DNA from: Thermithiobacillus tepidarius DSM 3134
GTDB taxonomy: Bacteria > Pseudomonadota > Gammaproteobacteria > Acidithiobacillales > Thermithiobacillaceae
Assembly (NCBI RefSeq): GCF_048300925.1
Contig: NZ_CP133759.1
DNA length: 24,000 nt
Reading direction: 5' to 3' (one strand)
A program made the translations under genes and the position numbers. The notes below the pieces were generated by a model that worked only from the letters and a program-made list of their open reading frames with translations, did no database searches and was not told where the DNA came from. This document shows positions 6,898-15,988 of this stretch, piece by piece (within the stretch, counting starts at the first letter, position 1; each line of letters starts with the position of its first letter).

Positions 6898-8975
6898 GCG
6901 TGCGCGATCTCATCCTGGAAATCGGCTGCGAGGAAATCCCGGCCAAGGACCAGCAGCCGCTGGCCCGGGCCCTGGGCGAAAGCCTGCTGGCCGCCCTCGG
7001 CGAGGCGCAGATCGCCGCCGGCGAGTGCCGGACCTTCGCCGCCCCGCGGCGCCTGGCCGTGCTCCTGCGCCACGTGGCCGGCGAGCAGGCGGCACGCGAG
7101 CTGATCAAGCGCGGCCCGGCCGTGGATCGCGCCTTCGATGCCGCCGGCAACCCCACGCCGGCATTGCAGGGCTTTGCCCGCGCCAACGGCGTGGAGGTGA
7201 CGCAGCTGGAGCGCATGGCCCTCGACAAGGGCGAGTTCCTGGTCTACCGGCAGGTGGAAGCGGGCCGCCCCACCGCGCAGGTGCTGCCGGAGCTCATTGC
7301 CCAGGTCGTCAGCCGCCTGCCGTTGCGCAAGCGCATGCGCTGGGGCAGTTCGCAGGCCAGCTTCGTGCGTCCGGTGCAGTGGCTGCTCGCCCGCTTTGGC
7401 GAGGAGGTGCTGCCGTTGCACTGCTTCGAGCTGACAGCCGGCGGCGTCAGCTACGGCCACCGGGTGACGCACCCGCAGGCGGTCGCCGTGACCGAACCCG
7501 CCGATTATGCCGCCTGCCTGCTGGAAGCCAAGGTCATGGCCGACTTCGACGCCCGGCGCGCGCGCATCGGCGAGGAGGTGCGCCGCCTGGCCGCCGAGCT
7601 GGGCGGGGTGGCCCTCATGCCCGAGACCCTGCTGGACGAGGTCACCGGCCTGGTGGAATGGCCGGTGGTGCTGGCGGGCGCCTTCGAGGAAGCCTATCTG
7701 GCCATCCCGCCGGAGGTGCTGACCACGGTGATGATTCAGCACCAGCGCTACTTCCCCGTGCTGCGCGAGGCCGGCGGCAAGGCGCTGCTGAACCGCTTCA
7801 TCTTCGTCGCCAACCTGGAAAGCCGCGACCCGGCCGCGGTGATCCACGGCAACAGCCGCGTGCTGCGCGCCCGGCTGGCCGACGCCGACTTCTTCTGGAA
7901 CGAGGACCGCAAGCGCCCGCTGGCGGCGCGCCGGCCCGAGCTGGAGCAGGTGCTGTTCCAGCAGGGCCTGGGCAGCCTGCTGGACAAGAGCGAGCGCCTG
8001 GTGCGCCTGGCGCCCATGCTGGCGGGCGCGGTGCGGGCGGACGCGGAGGCCGTGCGGCGGGCCGCCGAGCTGTGCAAGTGCGACCTGCTCACGGGCATGG
8101 TCGGCGAGTTTCCGGAGTTGCAGGGCATCATGGGCGGCTACTACGCGCGCCATGACGGCGAAAGCGCCGCGGTGAGCGCCGCCATCGGCGGGCACTATGC
8201 GCCGGCGGGGCGCGCCGACGCCATCCCGCTGGATGCCGGCGCCCAGGCCCTGTCCCTGGCGGACAAGCTGGACACCCTGGCCGGCTTTTTCGGACTCGGC
8301 CAGATCCCGAGCGGCGACCGGGACCCCTTCGCCCTGCGCCGCGCCGCCCTCGGCATCCTGCGCATCCTGCTGGAGGGCGAAATCGTCCTGGACCTGCCGG
8401 CGGCCATCGAGGCGGCCGCGGCGGCCTACGGCAACCTCCTCGCCGGCCGCAACCCCGGCTTCGAGGCGCAGCTTTTCGATTTCTTCCTGGAGCGTCTGCG
8501 CGTCTTCTTCCGCGAGGAAGGCTTCGCGCCCGACCTCGTGGAAGCGGTGCTCAGCCTGCGCCCCGGCGATCCCCTGGATGCCCGCAGCCGCCTGGAGGCC
8601 CTGAGCCGCTTCCGCAGCCGGCCCGAAGCCGAGGCCCTGGCCGCGGCCAACAAGCGCATCGGCAACATCCTGCGCAAGGAAGGCATCACCGAAACCGGCG
8701 CGGTGCGGGTCGAGCTGCTGCGCGAGGACGCCGAAAACGCCCTGTGGACGGCCTGGCAGGCGCTGCAGGCCCCGACCGAGGCGCTGCTCGCCGTCGGCGA
8801 CTACGGCCCGGCCCTGGACCTGTTGGCCGGCCTGCGCGGGCCGGTGGACCGCTTCTTCGACGAGGTGATGGTCATGGCCGAGGACCCGGCCCTGCGCGCC
8901 AATCGCCTGGCCCTGATCGGCACCCTGCGCGGCGCTTTCCTGCGCATCGCCGATTTCTCCCTGCTGCAGGGCTAG
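6894..8975 (+). CDS. glyS: Glycine--tRNA ligase beta subunit
   Basis: ATG at 6894 overlaps the glyQ stop (ATGA). [18 protein letters not shown] is the typical GlyS N-terminus, and the product is 693 aa. The ORF-track start at 6555 is an upstream in-frame extension inside glyQ. Confidence 0.95.
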   Translation: MSVRDLILEIGCEEIPAKDQQPLARALGESLLAALGEAQIAAGECRTFAAPRRLAVLLRHVAGEQAARELIKRGPAVDRAFDAAGNPTPALQGFARANGVEVTQLERMALDKGEFLVYRQVEAGRPTAQVLPELIAQVVSRLPLRKRMRWGSSQASFVRPVQWLLARFGEEVLPLHCFELTAGGVSYGHRVTHPQAVAVTEPADYAACLLEAKVMADFDARRARIGEEVRRLAAELGGVALMPETLLDEVTGLVEWPVVLAGAFEEAYLAIPPEVLTTVMIQHQRYFPVLREAGGKALLNRFIFVANLESRDPAAVIHGNSRVLRARLADADFFWNEDRKRPLAARRPELEQVLFQQGLGSLLDKSERLVRLAPMLAGAVRADAEAVRRAAELCKCDLLTGMVGEFPELQGIMGGYYARHDGESAAVSAAIGGHYAPAGRADAIPLDAGAQALSLADKLDTLAGFFGLGQIPSGDRDPFALRRAALGILRILLEGEIVLDLPAAIEAAAAAYGNLLAGRNPGFEAQLFDFFLERLRVFFREEGFAPDLVEAVLSLRPGDPLDARSRLEALSRFRSRPEAEALAAANKRIGNILRKEGITETGAVRVELLREDAENALWTAWQALQAPTEALLAVGDYGPALDLLAGLRGPVDRFFDEVMVMAEDPALRANRLALIGTLRGAFLRIADFSLLQG

Positions 8976-8976
8976 C

Positions 8977-9522
8977 ATGGTCAAGCTCGTCATCCTGGAC
9001 CGCGACGGCGTCATCAACGAGGACAGCGACGCCTTCATCAAGTCGCCGGCGGAATGGGAACCCATTCCCGGCGCCCTGGAAGCCATCGCCCGCCTGAACC
9101 GGGCCGGCTACAAGGTGGTGGTCGCCAGCAACCAGTCGGGCGTCGGCCGCGGCCTCTTCGACGTGCAGACCCTGGCCGCCATCCACCAGCGCCTGCGCAG
9201 CGAGCTGCTCAGCATGGGCGGGCACATCGATGCCATCTTCTACTGCCCGCATCACCCGGAGGAGGGCTGCCGCTGCCGCAAGCCGGCGCCGGGCCTCTTC
9301 GAGGAGATCCGCGAGCGCTTCAACACCGCCCTGGAAGGGGTGCCGGCCGTGGGCGACAGCCTGCGCGACCTGGAGGCCGCGCGCGCGGCCGGCGCCATGC
9401 CCATCCTGGTGCGCACCGGCAAGGGCGAAGCCACCCTGGCCAAGGGCCAGGTGCCGGCCGACGTGCCCGTCTATGAAAACTTGGAAGCCGTGGTCAAAGC
9501 CCTGCTGGCCAATCCCGCATGA
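8977..9522 (+). CDS. gmhB: D-glycero-beta-D-manno-heptose-1,7-bisphosphate 7-phosphatase (HAD family)
   Basis: Contains the HAD motif I DRDGVIN, then VASNQSGVGRG, the Zn-binding CPHHPEEGCRCRKP motif, and GDSLRD. The start is 1 nt after the glyS stop. Confidence 0.9.
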   Translation: MVKLVILDRDGVINEDSDAFIKSPAEWEPIPGALEAIARLNRAGYKVVVASNQSGVGRGLFDVQTLAAIHQRLRSELLSMGGHIDAIFYCPHHPEEGCRCRKPAPGLFEEIRERFNTALEGVPAVGDSLRDLEAARAAGAMPILVRTGKGEATLAKGQVPADVPVYENLEAVVKALLANPA

Positions 9523-10223
9523 TTACCCTGCGCACCCTGCTGTTCTATGTCGGTTTCTGGTTGTGGACCCTGCTCTGGGGCATCATCACCCTGCTGACCG
9601 CGCCGTTGCCCAGATCGGTCAGCTACCGCTCCTGCGCTTTCTGGGGGCGGGTCGCGATCGCCTGGCTCCGGCTGAGCTGCGGCATCCGCTACCGGGTCGA
9701 GGGCCGGGAACACATCCCCGCCACGCCGGTGGTGATCGTTGCCAATCACCAATCCGCCTGGGAGACCCTGGCCTTTTTGAATGTCTTCCCGCGCTTTGCC
9801 TACGTGCTGAAACAGGAGCTCTTCCGTCTGCCGATCTTCGGCTGGGCGCTCAAGCTGTCCTGGCCCATCGGCATCGATCGCAAGGCCGGGCGCGATGCGG
9901 TGCGGCAGGTGCTGCGCGAGGGGGAAAAGCGCATCCAGGCTGGGGTGTCGGTGCTCGTCTTCCCGGAAGGCACCCGCCAGCCGCCCCATGAGCTGGGGCG
10001 CTTCGCCTCCACCGGCGCCGGCCTGGCGGTGAAGACCGGCGTGCCGGTGCTGCCCGTGGCCCATAATGCCGGCCACTGCTGGCCGCGCAACGATTGGCGC
10101 AAATATCCGGGCACCATCGAAGTCCGCATCGGCGCGCCCCTTTCCAGCAAGGGCAAGACCGCTGTGGTGCTCAACGACGAAGTGCACGACTGGATCGCCG
10201 ACCAGCTGCCGGACATGGCCTGA
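9519..10223 (+). CDS. 1-acyl-sn-glycerol-3-phosphate (lysophospholipid) acyltransferase, PlsC family
   Basis: ATGA overlap with gmhB. N-terminal TM segment, acyltransferase motifs VANHQSAWE and VFPEGTR. Confidence 0.85.
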   Translation: MITLRTLLFYVGFWLWTLLWGIITLLTAPLPRSVSYRSCAFWGRVAIAWLRLSCGIRYRVEGREHIPATPVVIVANHQSAWETLAFLNVFPRFAYVLKQELFRLPIFGWALKLSWPIGIDRKAGRDAVRQVLREGEKRIQAGVSVLVFPEGTRQPPHELGRFASTGAGLAVKTGVPVLPVAHNAGHCWPRNDWRKYPGTIEVRIGAPLSSKGKTAVVLNDEVHDWIADQLPDMA

Positions 10224-10307
10224 GCCCTCCTGCGCCGAAAGCCCGTTGCGGGCCGGGGCGCCCACCCCAAAGATAGGTGCTCCCGCGACCAAGCACAGAG
10301 GAGCGCC

Positions 10308-10595
10308 ATGACTGCCCAAGCCCTGACCGAAGCCATCGGCTGGACCAGCTCGTTCATCCTGCTGCTGACCATCGGCAAGCAGATCCACAAGCAATGGCAG
10401 GCGGGCTCCAGCGAGGGCGTGTCCAAGTGGCTCTTCATCGGCCAGATCGCCGCCTCCTCGGGCTTCTCGCTGTACAGCTGGCTGCTGCACAACTGGGTTT
10501 TCGTGGTCACCAACGTGCTGATGCTGGCCAGCGCCCTGCTCGGCGTCGCCATCACCCTGCACCAGCGCCGCCGCGCGGCCGCGCAGCAGCCCTAG
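10308..10595 (+). CDS. Small 3-TM membrane protein, SemiSWEET/PQ-loop-like
   Basis: ATG follows AGAGGAG. The 95-aa product has three hydrophobic helices. It aligns by eye with bacterial SemiSWEETs, with KQIHKQW in place of the PQ motif region (K replaces P). Confidence 0.55.
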   Translation: MTAQALTEAIGWTSSFILLLTIGKQIHKQWQAGSSEGVSKWLFIGQIAASSGFSLYSWLLHNWVFVVTNVLMLASALLGVAITLHQRRRAAAQQP

Positions 10596-11497
10596 CCGCG
10601 GCCGCGCGTGGCCGTCTTGCCGGGGCGCGCGTGCTTTTCCACGAACTCGATGATGCGCCCGGCCACGTCCACGCCGGTGCTGGTCTCGATGCCCTCCAGG
10701 CCGGGCGTGGAGTTGACTTCGATGACCACCGGCCCGGCCGCCGACTGCAGCATGTCCACGCCGGCGATGTTGAGGCCCAGGGTGCGGGCCGCCTGCACCG
10801 CCAGCGCCCGCTCCGCCGCCCCCAGCTTGATCCTTTCCGCCCGCCCGCCGCGATGCAGGTTGGAGCGGAATTCGCCCGGCTTGGCCTGTCGCCGCATGGC
10901 GGCGATCACCCGGCCGCCCACCACGAAGGCGCGGATGTCGGCGCCCTGGGCCTCCTTGATGAACTCCTGCACCAGGATGTCGGCCCGCAGCTCCATGAAG
11001 GCGTCGATCACGCTCTCCGCCGCCTGCTGGGTTTCGGCCAGCACCACGCCGATGCCCTGGGAGCCGGACAGGAGCTTGATCACCAATGGCGCGCCGCCCA
11101 CTTGGCGGATCACGTCGTCCACGTCGTGGGGCGAGTGGGCGAAGCCGGTGACCGGCATGGCCACGCCGGCGCGGGCCAGCAGCTGCAGGGAACGCAGCTT
11201 GTCGCGGGCGCGGGCGATGGCCACCGACTCGTTGGCCGAGTACACGCCCATCATCTCGAACTGGCGCAGCACCGCTGTGCCATAGAAGGTGATGGAGGAG
11301 CCGATGCGCGGGATCACCGCGTCGAAGCCCTGCAGCACCTCGCCCTTGTAGATGACCTGCGGCTTGCGCGAAGTGATGTTCATGTAGCAGCGCAACGGAT
11401 CAATGACGCGCGCCTCATGCCCGCGCGCCTGCGCCGCCACCATCAGGCGCTGGGTGGAGTAGAGCTTGCGGTTGCGGGACAGGATGGCGATCTTCAC
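10592..11497 (-). CDS. rimK: Ribosomal protein S6 L-glutamate ligase RimK (ATP-grasp)
   Basis: MKIAILSRN...YSTQRL..AA..RGHE..VIDPL.CYMNI...[22 protein letters not shown]...N is canonical RimK. The product is 301 aa. Confidence 0.95.
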   Translation of the reverse strand: MKIAILSRNRKLYSTQRLMVAAQARGHEARVIDPLRCYMNITSRKPQVIYKGEVLQGFDAVIPRIGSSITFYGTAVLRQFEMMGVYSANESVAIARARDKLRSLQLLARAGVAMPVTGFAHSPHDVDDVIRQVGGAPLVIKLLSGSQGIGVVLAETQQAAESVIDAFMELRADILVQEFIKEAQGADIRAFVVGGRVIAAMRRQAKPGEFRSNLHRGGRAERIKLGAAERALAVQAARTLGLNIAGVDMLQSAAGPVVIEVNSTPGLEGIETSTGVDVAGRIIEFVEKHARPGKTATRGRG

Positions 11498-11934
11498 GGC
11501 TCAGGCACTCCGGCCAGGAAGGATTGCTCGGGATCCACGACGAAGCGCCCGACCATGGCGCTGCGGCCCAGCAGCATGCGAAAGCGCATGCTGTCGCGTC
11601 TGGTCAGGGTCATCTCGATGGGCCAGGACTCGCCCATGAGCAGCACGGAGGTGACGATGACCGGCCGCAGCGTGCGATGGCCGCCCGAATCGGTCACCCA
11701 GCGTTCGTCCACCTGGGGCGCCTCGCAGCGGTAAACCAGCAGATCGTTGTCCTGCAGCGGGTGCAGCCAGAAGCGCAGCCAGCGCTGCCCGCGCCGGCGC
11801 AGGCGCTCGATACGGAAGGTGTGCAATGCTGAGGTCTTGGCGCCGGTGTCCACCTTGGCCTTGATGGCGGGGATGCCCAGATCGGGCAGGCTCACCCACT
11901 CGCGCCAGCCCAACACCCAGAGTCCGCGGTCCAT
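11494..11934 (-). CDS. Retropepsin-like 'ATP-dependent zinc protease' family protein (RimB-like RimK partner)
   Basis: [31 protein letters not shown] carries the DTGA aspartic-protease-like motif typical of the PF05618-type proteins encoded next to rimK. It overlaps rimK by 4 nt. Confidence 0.8.
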   Translation of the reverse strand: MDRGLWVLGWREWVSLPDLGIPAIKAKVDTGAKTSALHTFRIERLRRRGQRWLRFWLHPLQDNDLLVYRCEAPQVDERWVTDSGGHRTLRPVIVTSVLLMGESWPIEMTLTRRDSMRFRMLLGRSAMVGRFVVDPEQSFLAGVPEP

Positions 11935-11940
11935 GCCGGC

Positions 11941-12264
11941 CTATTGCGGCGCATAGAAGGTCAGAAGCGGCAGCTCGCCGTGGCGGATGGAGCGCACGAT
12001 GAAGCCCGCCCGCCCCGGCTGCCGCGTTTCCAGCGCGGCGTGGCACAAGGAGGCCTCGCCGGCGATGGTGGCGAAGAGCACCTCCAGCTCCAGAGGATCC
12101 ACGCGCAGGCTGCCGAAGGGATCGCGCGGATCGGCCGGATTGGGCCGCCAGAACAGGCGCGGCATCCAGCCCTTGCCCTGCACCGCCGGGTGCTGATACA
12201 ACGCGACACAACGGCGCCCCAGCGCCTCCAGATCCCTGACTTCCTCAGCAGCGCTCCGCTCCAT
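11941..12264 (-). CDS. Hypothetical 107-aa protein, first gene of the rimK operon
   Basis: ATG at 12264 is directly preceded by GGGGAGAAGG. GC3 bias is strong. The stop is 6 nt before the next gene's start. The ORF-track extension to 12579 crosses the divergent cyaY start and has no SD. I recognise no family. Confidence 0.65.
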   Translation of the reverse strand: MERSAAEEVRDLEALGRRCVALYQHPAVQGKGWMPRLFWRPNPADPRDPFGSLRVDPLELEVLFATIAGEASLCHAALETRQPGRAGFIVRSIRHGELPLLTFYAPQ

Positions 12265-12424
12265 CCTTCTCCCCGGCGCAAAACCCTTGCCCGCCGCGGC
12301 CCTTGCCGTCATCATTGAACGTCGAAGAACCGCCCTGCGGGCGTGACGTATAAAATCCATCCCATTATGAGCACCCGCCTCCGCCGCCACAAGGGGAGCG
12401 CGGGAGCACGCGAGCGAGTGAGAC

Positions 12425-12751
12425 ATGAGCCAGGAGAACTTCCCCATCCTTGCCGAAAACAGCATCCGCGCCCTGGTCCATAAATTGGAGCAGGCCGAAG
12501 GCGCGGAAGATCTGAGCGTAGACCTCATCGACGGCGTCCTGCATGCCGAATTCGAGGACGGCAACCAGATCATCATCAACAGCCAGTCCAGCGCCCGGCA
12601 ACTCTGGCTGGCCAGTCCCCTGGGCCCGGCCCACTTCGACTACGATGCGGCCAGCGGGACCTGGAGGGACGAGCGCAGCGGCGAGCCGCTGGAACGCGCG
12701 CTGGAGCGGGTGCTCAGCCTGAAGCTGGGCGCGCCGGTGTCCCTGGGCTGA
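12425..12751 (+). CDS. cyaY: Iron-sulfur cluster assembly protein CyaY (frataxin homologue)
   Basis: DGVLHAEFEDGNQIIINSQSSARQLWLAS..G..HFDYD...W.DERSGE matches the CyaY pattern of E. coli from memory. Confidence 0.9.
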   Translation: MSQENFPILAENSIRALVHKLEQAEGAEDLSVDLIDGVLHAEFEDGNQIIINSQSSARQLWLASPLGPAHFDYDAASGTWRDERSGEPLERALERVLSLKLGAPVSLG

Positions 12752-12767
12752 GCGCGGCGAGGTGACC

Positions 12768-13241
12768 ATGGCCGAGCGGCGCTATTGGCTCATGAAGAGC
12801 GAACCCAGCGAGTTTTCCATCGAGGACCTGCAGGCCCGCCCCGGCCAGACGGAGCCCTGGGATGGGGTGCGCAACTACCAGGCCCGCAACTTCATGCGCG
12901 CCATGCAGGCGGGCGACGGCGTGCTCTTCTACCACTCCAACTGCGAGCTGCCCGGCGTGGTGGGGGTGGCGGAGGTCGCCTGCACCGCCTACCCCGATCC
13001 CACCCAGTTCGACCCCGGCGACAAGCACTTCGACCCGCGGTCCCGGCCGGAAGACCCGCGTTGGTCGCTGGTGGAAGTGAAGTTCGTGCGCCGCTTCCCG
13101 CGCACCGTCAGCCTCGACGCGCTGCGCAGCACCCCGGGGCTGGAAGACAACCCGGTGGTGCGCCGCGGCAACCGCCTCTCGGTGCTGCCGGTCAGCCCGG
13201 CGGAGTGGGACATCATCCTGGCGCTCGGGGACGGCGGGTGA
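12768..13241 (+). CDS. EVE (PUA-like) domain protein
   Basis: YWLMKSEPSEFSIEDL...WDGVRNYQARNFMRAMQAGDGVLFYHSN...PGVVGVAEV...AYPDPTQFD...PRWSLVEVKF is the canonical EVE signature. The GTG at 12762 is an alternative start. Confidence 0.85.
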   Translation: MAERRYWLMKSEPSEFSIEDLQARPGQTEPWDGVRNYQARNFMRAMQAGDGVLFYHSNCELPGVVGVAEVACTAYPDPTQFDPGDKHFDPRSRPEDPRWSLVEVKFVRRFPRTVSLDALRSTPGLEDNPVVRRGNRLSVLPVSPAEWDIILALGDGG

Positions 13242-13921
13242 GCGGCATCGCCCTCTACCACCACTGGTCCTCCCCCGCCTGCGCCCGCCTGCGCTTGGCT
13301 CTCGGCGCCAAGGAGCTGGATTATGACAGCCGGCCGCTGGCCTACACGGATTTCGGCACGCCGCTGGACCTCGGCTTCGACCGCAAGCTGCCCATCGTGG
13401 AGTGGCCCGACGGCAGCCGCGGCAATGACAGCCTTGCGCTGCTACTGGAGTTGGAACACCGCTATCCCGCACCCGCCCTCCTGGAGGGCGTGGTGGCGGC
13501 AGCGGAATGGCAGGCCTTCCTGGACTGGCGCGCCCGCCTGGAGCCCCTGCTCGCCCGCCTGATCGCGCCGGTGCGCCCCGGCTTTGCCGAGATCGGCGGC
13601 GAGCCGGACGCCCTGGCTCTCTACAAGGAGGAGTGCGTGCAGCGCTTCGGCATGAGCCCCGAGGCCCTGTCCAACGACCGCTACGACGGCTTCCTGCAGC
13701 TGGAGCGCCTGGGCCGCCTGCGGGAGCTGGCCCGCCAACTGGCCAAGACCCGCTTCTACGCCGGCCGCCTCTCGCTCATCGACGTCATCCTCACCGCCGA
13801 CTTCAATCTGCTGCGGCTCCTGGACGGCGTTACCGTCCCGCTGGACCTCATGTATTATTTTCAGCGAGTGGCGGAGGCCTGCGGCGCCGATCTGGACGCC
13901 GGGCTCCAGCAAACCACGTAA
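13238..13921 (+). CDS. Glutathione S-transferase-like protein
   Basis: GTG at 13238 overlaps the EVE stop (GTGA). A thioredoxin-like N-terminus (ALYHHWSSPACARLRLAL...LPIVEWPDG) is followed by a helical C-terminal domain. The ORF-track start at 12785 is an out-of-frame overlap with the EVE gene. Confidence 0.6.
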   Translation: MSGIALYHHWSSPACARLRLALGAKELDYDSRPLAYTDFGTPLDLGFDRKLPIVEWPDGSRGNDSLALLLELEHRYPAPALLEGVVAAAEWQAFLDWRARLEPLLARLIAPVRPGFAEIGGEPDALALYKEECVQRFGMSPEALSNDRYDGFLQLERLGRLRELARQLAKTRFYAGRLSLIDVILTADFNLLRLLDGVTVPLDLMYYFQRVAEACGADLDAGLQQTT

Positions 13922-13946
13922 TCAGCGAACACAAGAGGGGAAATCC

Positions 13947-14282
13947 ATGACCTACGCCGAACTGCTCACTGCCCTGCACCAGCTGCTCGACTACCCGATC
14001 CTGGCGGTCGACAGCGACCCCGCCGCCACCCTGGGCGCCGCCCAGGCCGGGCGGCTGGACGACAAAATCCTGGAAAAGGCCTTGCTGGACATCTACGCCG
14101 GCAACCAGTGCAGCGGCATCGACAGCCCCGTCCAGCGCAACGAGACCATCGCCGCCCTCGGACAACTGCGGTTGCAGACCATGCGCGACGATGCCGACCC
14201 GCGGGACTTTCGCCGGGTGCTGATGCTGTCCCAGCAGATCGACAAGGCCTTCGACAACGAGGCCCTGGCCCAGAAGGGCTGA
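13947..14282 (+). CDS. Hypothetical 111-aa protein
   Basis: ATG is 6 nt after GAGGGG, and GC3 bias is present. A strong hairpin follows. I recognise no family. Confidence 0.6.
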   Translation: MTYAELLTALHQLLDYPILAVDSDPAATLGAAQAGRLDDKILEKALLDIYAGNQCSGIDSPVQRNETIAALGQLRLQTMRDDADPRDFRRVLMLSQQIDKAFDNEALAQKG

Positions 14283-14285
14283 AAT

Positions 14286-14308
14286 GCGGCGCCCATGATG
14301 GGCGCCGC
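14286..14308. terminator. Bidirectional terminator hairpin GCGGCGCCC-ATGAT-GGGCGCCGC
   Basis: Perfect 9-bp GC stem with a 5-nt loop lies between convergent stops at 14282 and 14321. ATTTCA follows on the minus strand. Confidence 0.55.
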
Positions 14309-14320
14309 CCGGCGACCCGG

Positions 14321-14839
14321 CTACCTGGCGTAGTAGCTGGCCACGCCTTCGAGCACCGTCTTCAGCTCCTGCGCCGCCTTCTCGGCGGCGCGGTACTGCT
14401 TGATGTTCATGGCCTTGGCCTCGGCCACCGGATCCACCACCCCCAGCACCACGCGCTGGCCCTTGCCGCCGGGCGCCGTTTCGCGGAACAGGGTGAAGCG
14501 ACACGGAATGAGCAGGCTGATGTAGGGGTCCTCCTTGATCGCCTGCGCCAGGTACTGGGATTTGCACGCCAGGATCAGCTTGTTGTCGATCTGCATGTCG
14601 TACTTCTTCATGCCCTGATCGATGTGCTGTATCTGCAGCACTTCCCAGTTCTGGCCGCCCAACTCGCTCTGCAGCCTCTCCAGCACGCCGCCGATGTCGG
14701 CATTGCCGGGCAGGTAGACCACGTAGGCTTGGCCGTGGCGCTGCACCTCGGCGGCCTGGGCGGGAACGGCGCTGATCAGAAGCAGGGAAAACAAGAGAGC
14801 GAACTGCTGCGCGACATGCCTTAGGGTGAACATATCCAC
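14321..14839 (-). CDS. Secreted DUF302 domain protein
   Basis: ATG is 5 nt after AGGAGG. The signal peptide ends AQA|AE. The core ILACKSQYLAQAIKEDPYISLLIPCRFTLF resembles the DUF302 signature. Confidence 0.75.
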   Translation of the reverse strand: MDMFTLRHVAQQFALLFSLLLISAVPAQAAEVQRHGQAYVVYLPGNADIGGVLERLQSELGGQNWEVLQIQHIDQGMKKYDMQIDNKLILACKSQYLAQAIKEDPYISLLIPCRFTLFRETAPGGKGQRVVLGVVDPVAEAKAMNIKQYRAAEKAAQELKTVLEGVASYYAR

Positions 14840-14936
14840 CTCCTGAGGGACCGCACGGGCCCCGAGTGCCCACCTCCCTGCAGCTATACATGCTTATGCC
14901 TGAAAGTATAGCTCAGGTCGGGACGGACCGAGCAGC

Positions 14937-15785
14937 TCAAGGAGAGCCGGCACTCCAGTCCGTCGCCTTCACCGTCCGCCCGGAACGGGCGAAGATCCAG
15001 GCCAGCCCCACGCCCGCCATTAGCGCGTGCCGCTCCTCCACGAGGGGACTGTCGCGGAAGGCCGCGCCGGCCAGGCTGTCGTAGCGCACGAAGCCGCCCA
15101 GCCAGTAATCCTGCTTGAAGCGCCGGCTCAGGGTGAGGGTCAGGCGCGCGCCGCTGTAGCCGCCGGGCGCGGCATAGGCCGGGCGCGCGGCCGTGGCGAG
15201 GGCGGGAGCGACACTGTAGTAATAGTGGTGGTACTTGCTATCGGCGAAGACGGGGCCGGCTGCCAGGCCGAAGCGCCAGACGCGCCCGGGCCCTGTGTTG
15301 AGCCAGTCCATGCCTAGATGCGGCTGCGAGACCCAGCCCACGCCCTGCCAGCGGGACAGGTCCTCGGCCACGGCGACCGCCGCCCGCAGCGGAAAATTCA
15401 GCGTGAAGCGGGGCCCACGCGCAGACTGGTGCAGCAGCAATTCCACGGAAGGGCCGATCTCCAGGGTGGGGTCCAGATCGGGCATGCCGGCGCGCGGGCC
15501 GCCATCGCTGCTGCGCACCGGCGTGGCGGCGTTGGCGCTGATGTCCAGCTGCACGCGCTCGGTCTGCAGGAGCAGGCCGCGCACCTGCTGGCGGTCGATG
15601 CGCAGGACCTCGCCCCGGTAGATCACATATGGTAGAGGCAGGTAGTAATTGCGCCGCTCGCTAGCGCCGCGGTACTCGGGCAGGTTCAGCACCGCCAGCC
15701 CCGCGCCCAATTCCCAGAGCGGCAAGTCTTGCGCCGCCGACCAGCCCGGCAAGCCGAGCAGCAGCAGTGCGACGCTCAGGCGCAT
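14937..15785 (-). CDS. MipA/OmpV family outer-membrane protein
   Basis: Signal peptide MRLSVALLLLGLPGWSAAQD. MipA-like motifs include WELGAGLAV..LPEYRGA......LPLPYVIYRGE and a C-terminal YYYSV...RYDSLAG.AFRDSPLV...AGVGLAWIF. The start is uncertain: ATG 15785 gives a normal signal peptide, and ATG 15845 is an alternative. Confidence 0.8.
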   Translation of the reverse strand: MRLSVALLLLGLPGWSAAQDLPLWELGAGLAVLNLPEYRGASERRNYYLPLPYVIYRGEVLRIDRQQVRGLLLQTERVQLDISANAATPVRSSDGGPRAGMPDLDPTLEIGPSVELLLHQSARGPRFTLNFPLRAAVAVAEDLSRWQGVGWVSQPHLGMDWLNTGPGRVWRFGLAAGPVFADSKYHHYYYSVAPALATAARPAYAAPGGYSGARLTLTLSRRFKQDYWLGGFVRYDSLAGAAFRDSPLVEERHALMAGVGLAWIFARSGRTVKATDWSAGSP

Positions 15786-15915
15786 CCGGCAGCGCCGGAA
15801 GGCATCCGCGTGGCGTTCGACGACAAGGTGGATGAGCGTATTCATGACCGGCATCCCACGGCTTTGGGGCAGTATGCGCCCCCACCGGCCCGGGCGGCAA
15901 GACGCGGCTCCAGGC

Positions 15916-15944
15916 TTGCGCATCAGAGTACATAGCCATATAAC
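15916..15944 (+). promoter_or_regulatory. Putative sigma70 promoter of the PilZ gene (TTGCGC-N17-TATAAC)
   Basis: Hexamers at 15916-15921 and 15939-15944 lie in an AT-rich divergent intergenic region, ~45 nt upstream of ATG 15989. Confidence 0.4.
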
Positions 15945-15988
15945 TATCCGCTGACTCAAAAATAAAAAGAAGCGGAGTGGATGTCACG

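Noticed and set aside
6846-9086. 746-aa minus-strand ORF, plus the 435-aa plus-strand ORF at 6848-8155
   Set aside because: They are antisense to, or out of frame with, the clearly recognisable glyS. The products are Arg/Ala/Gly/Pro-rich nonsense.
10240-10255. The 11-mer CCCGTTGCGGG (small hairpin) occurs here and again near 22535
   Set aside because: Repeated 11-mers are expected by chance in 24 kb of GC-biased sequence. There is no extended similarity around the two copies, so this is not a REP-type element on this evidence.
11941-12579. 212-aa version of the first gene of the rimK operon
   Set aside because: The extra 105 codons run through the divergent promoter region and into cyaY on the opposite strand. 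The internal ATG at 12264 has a near-perfect SD.
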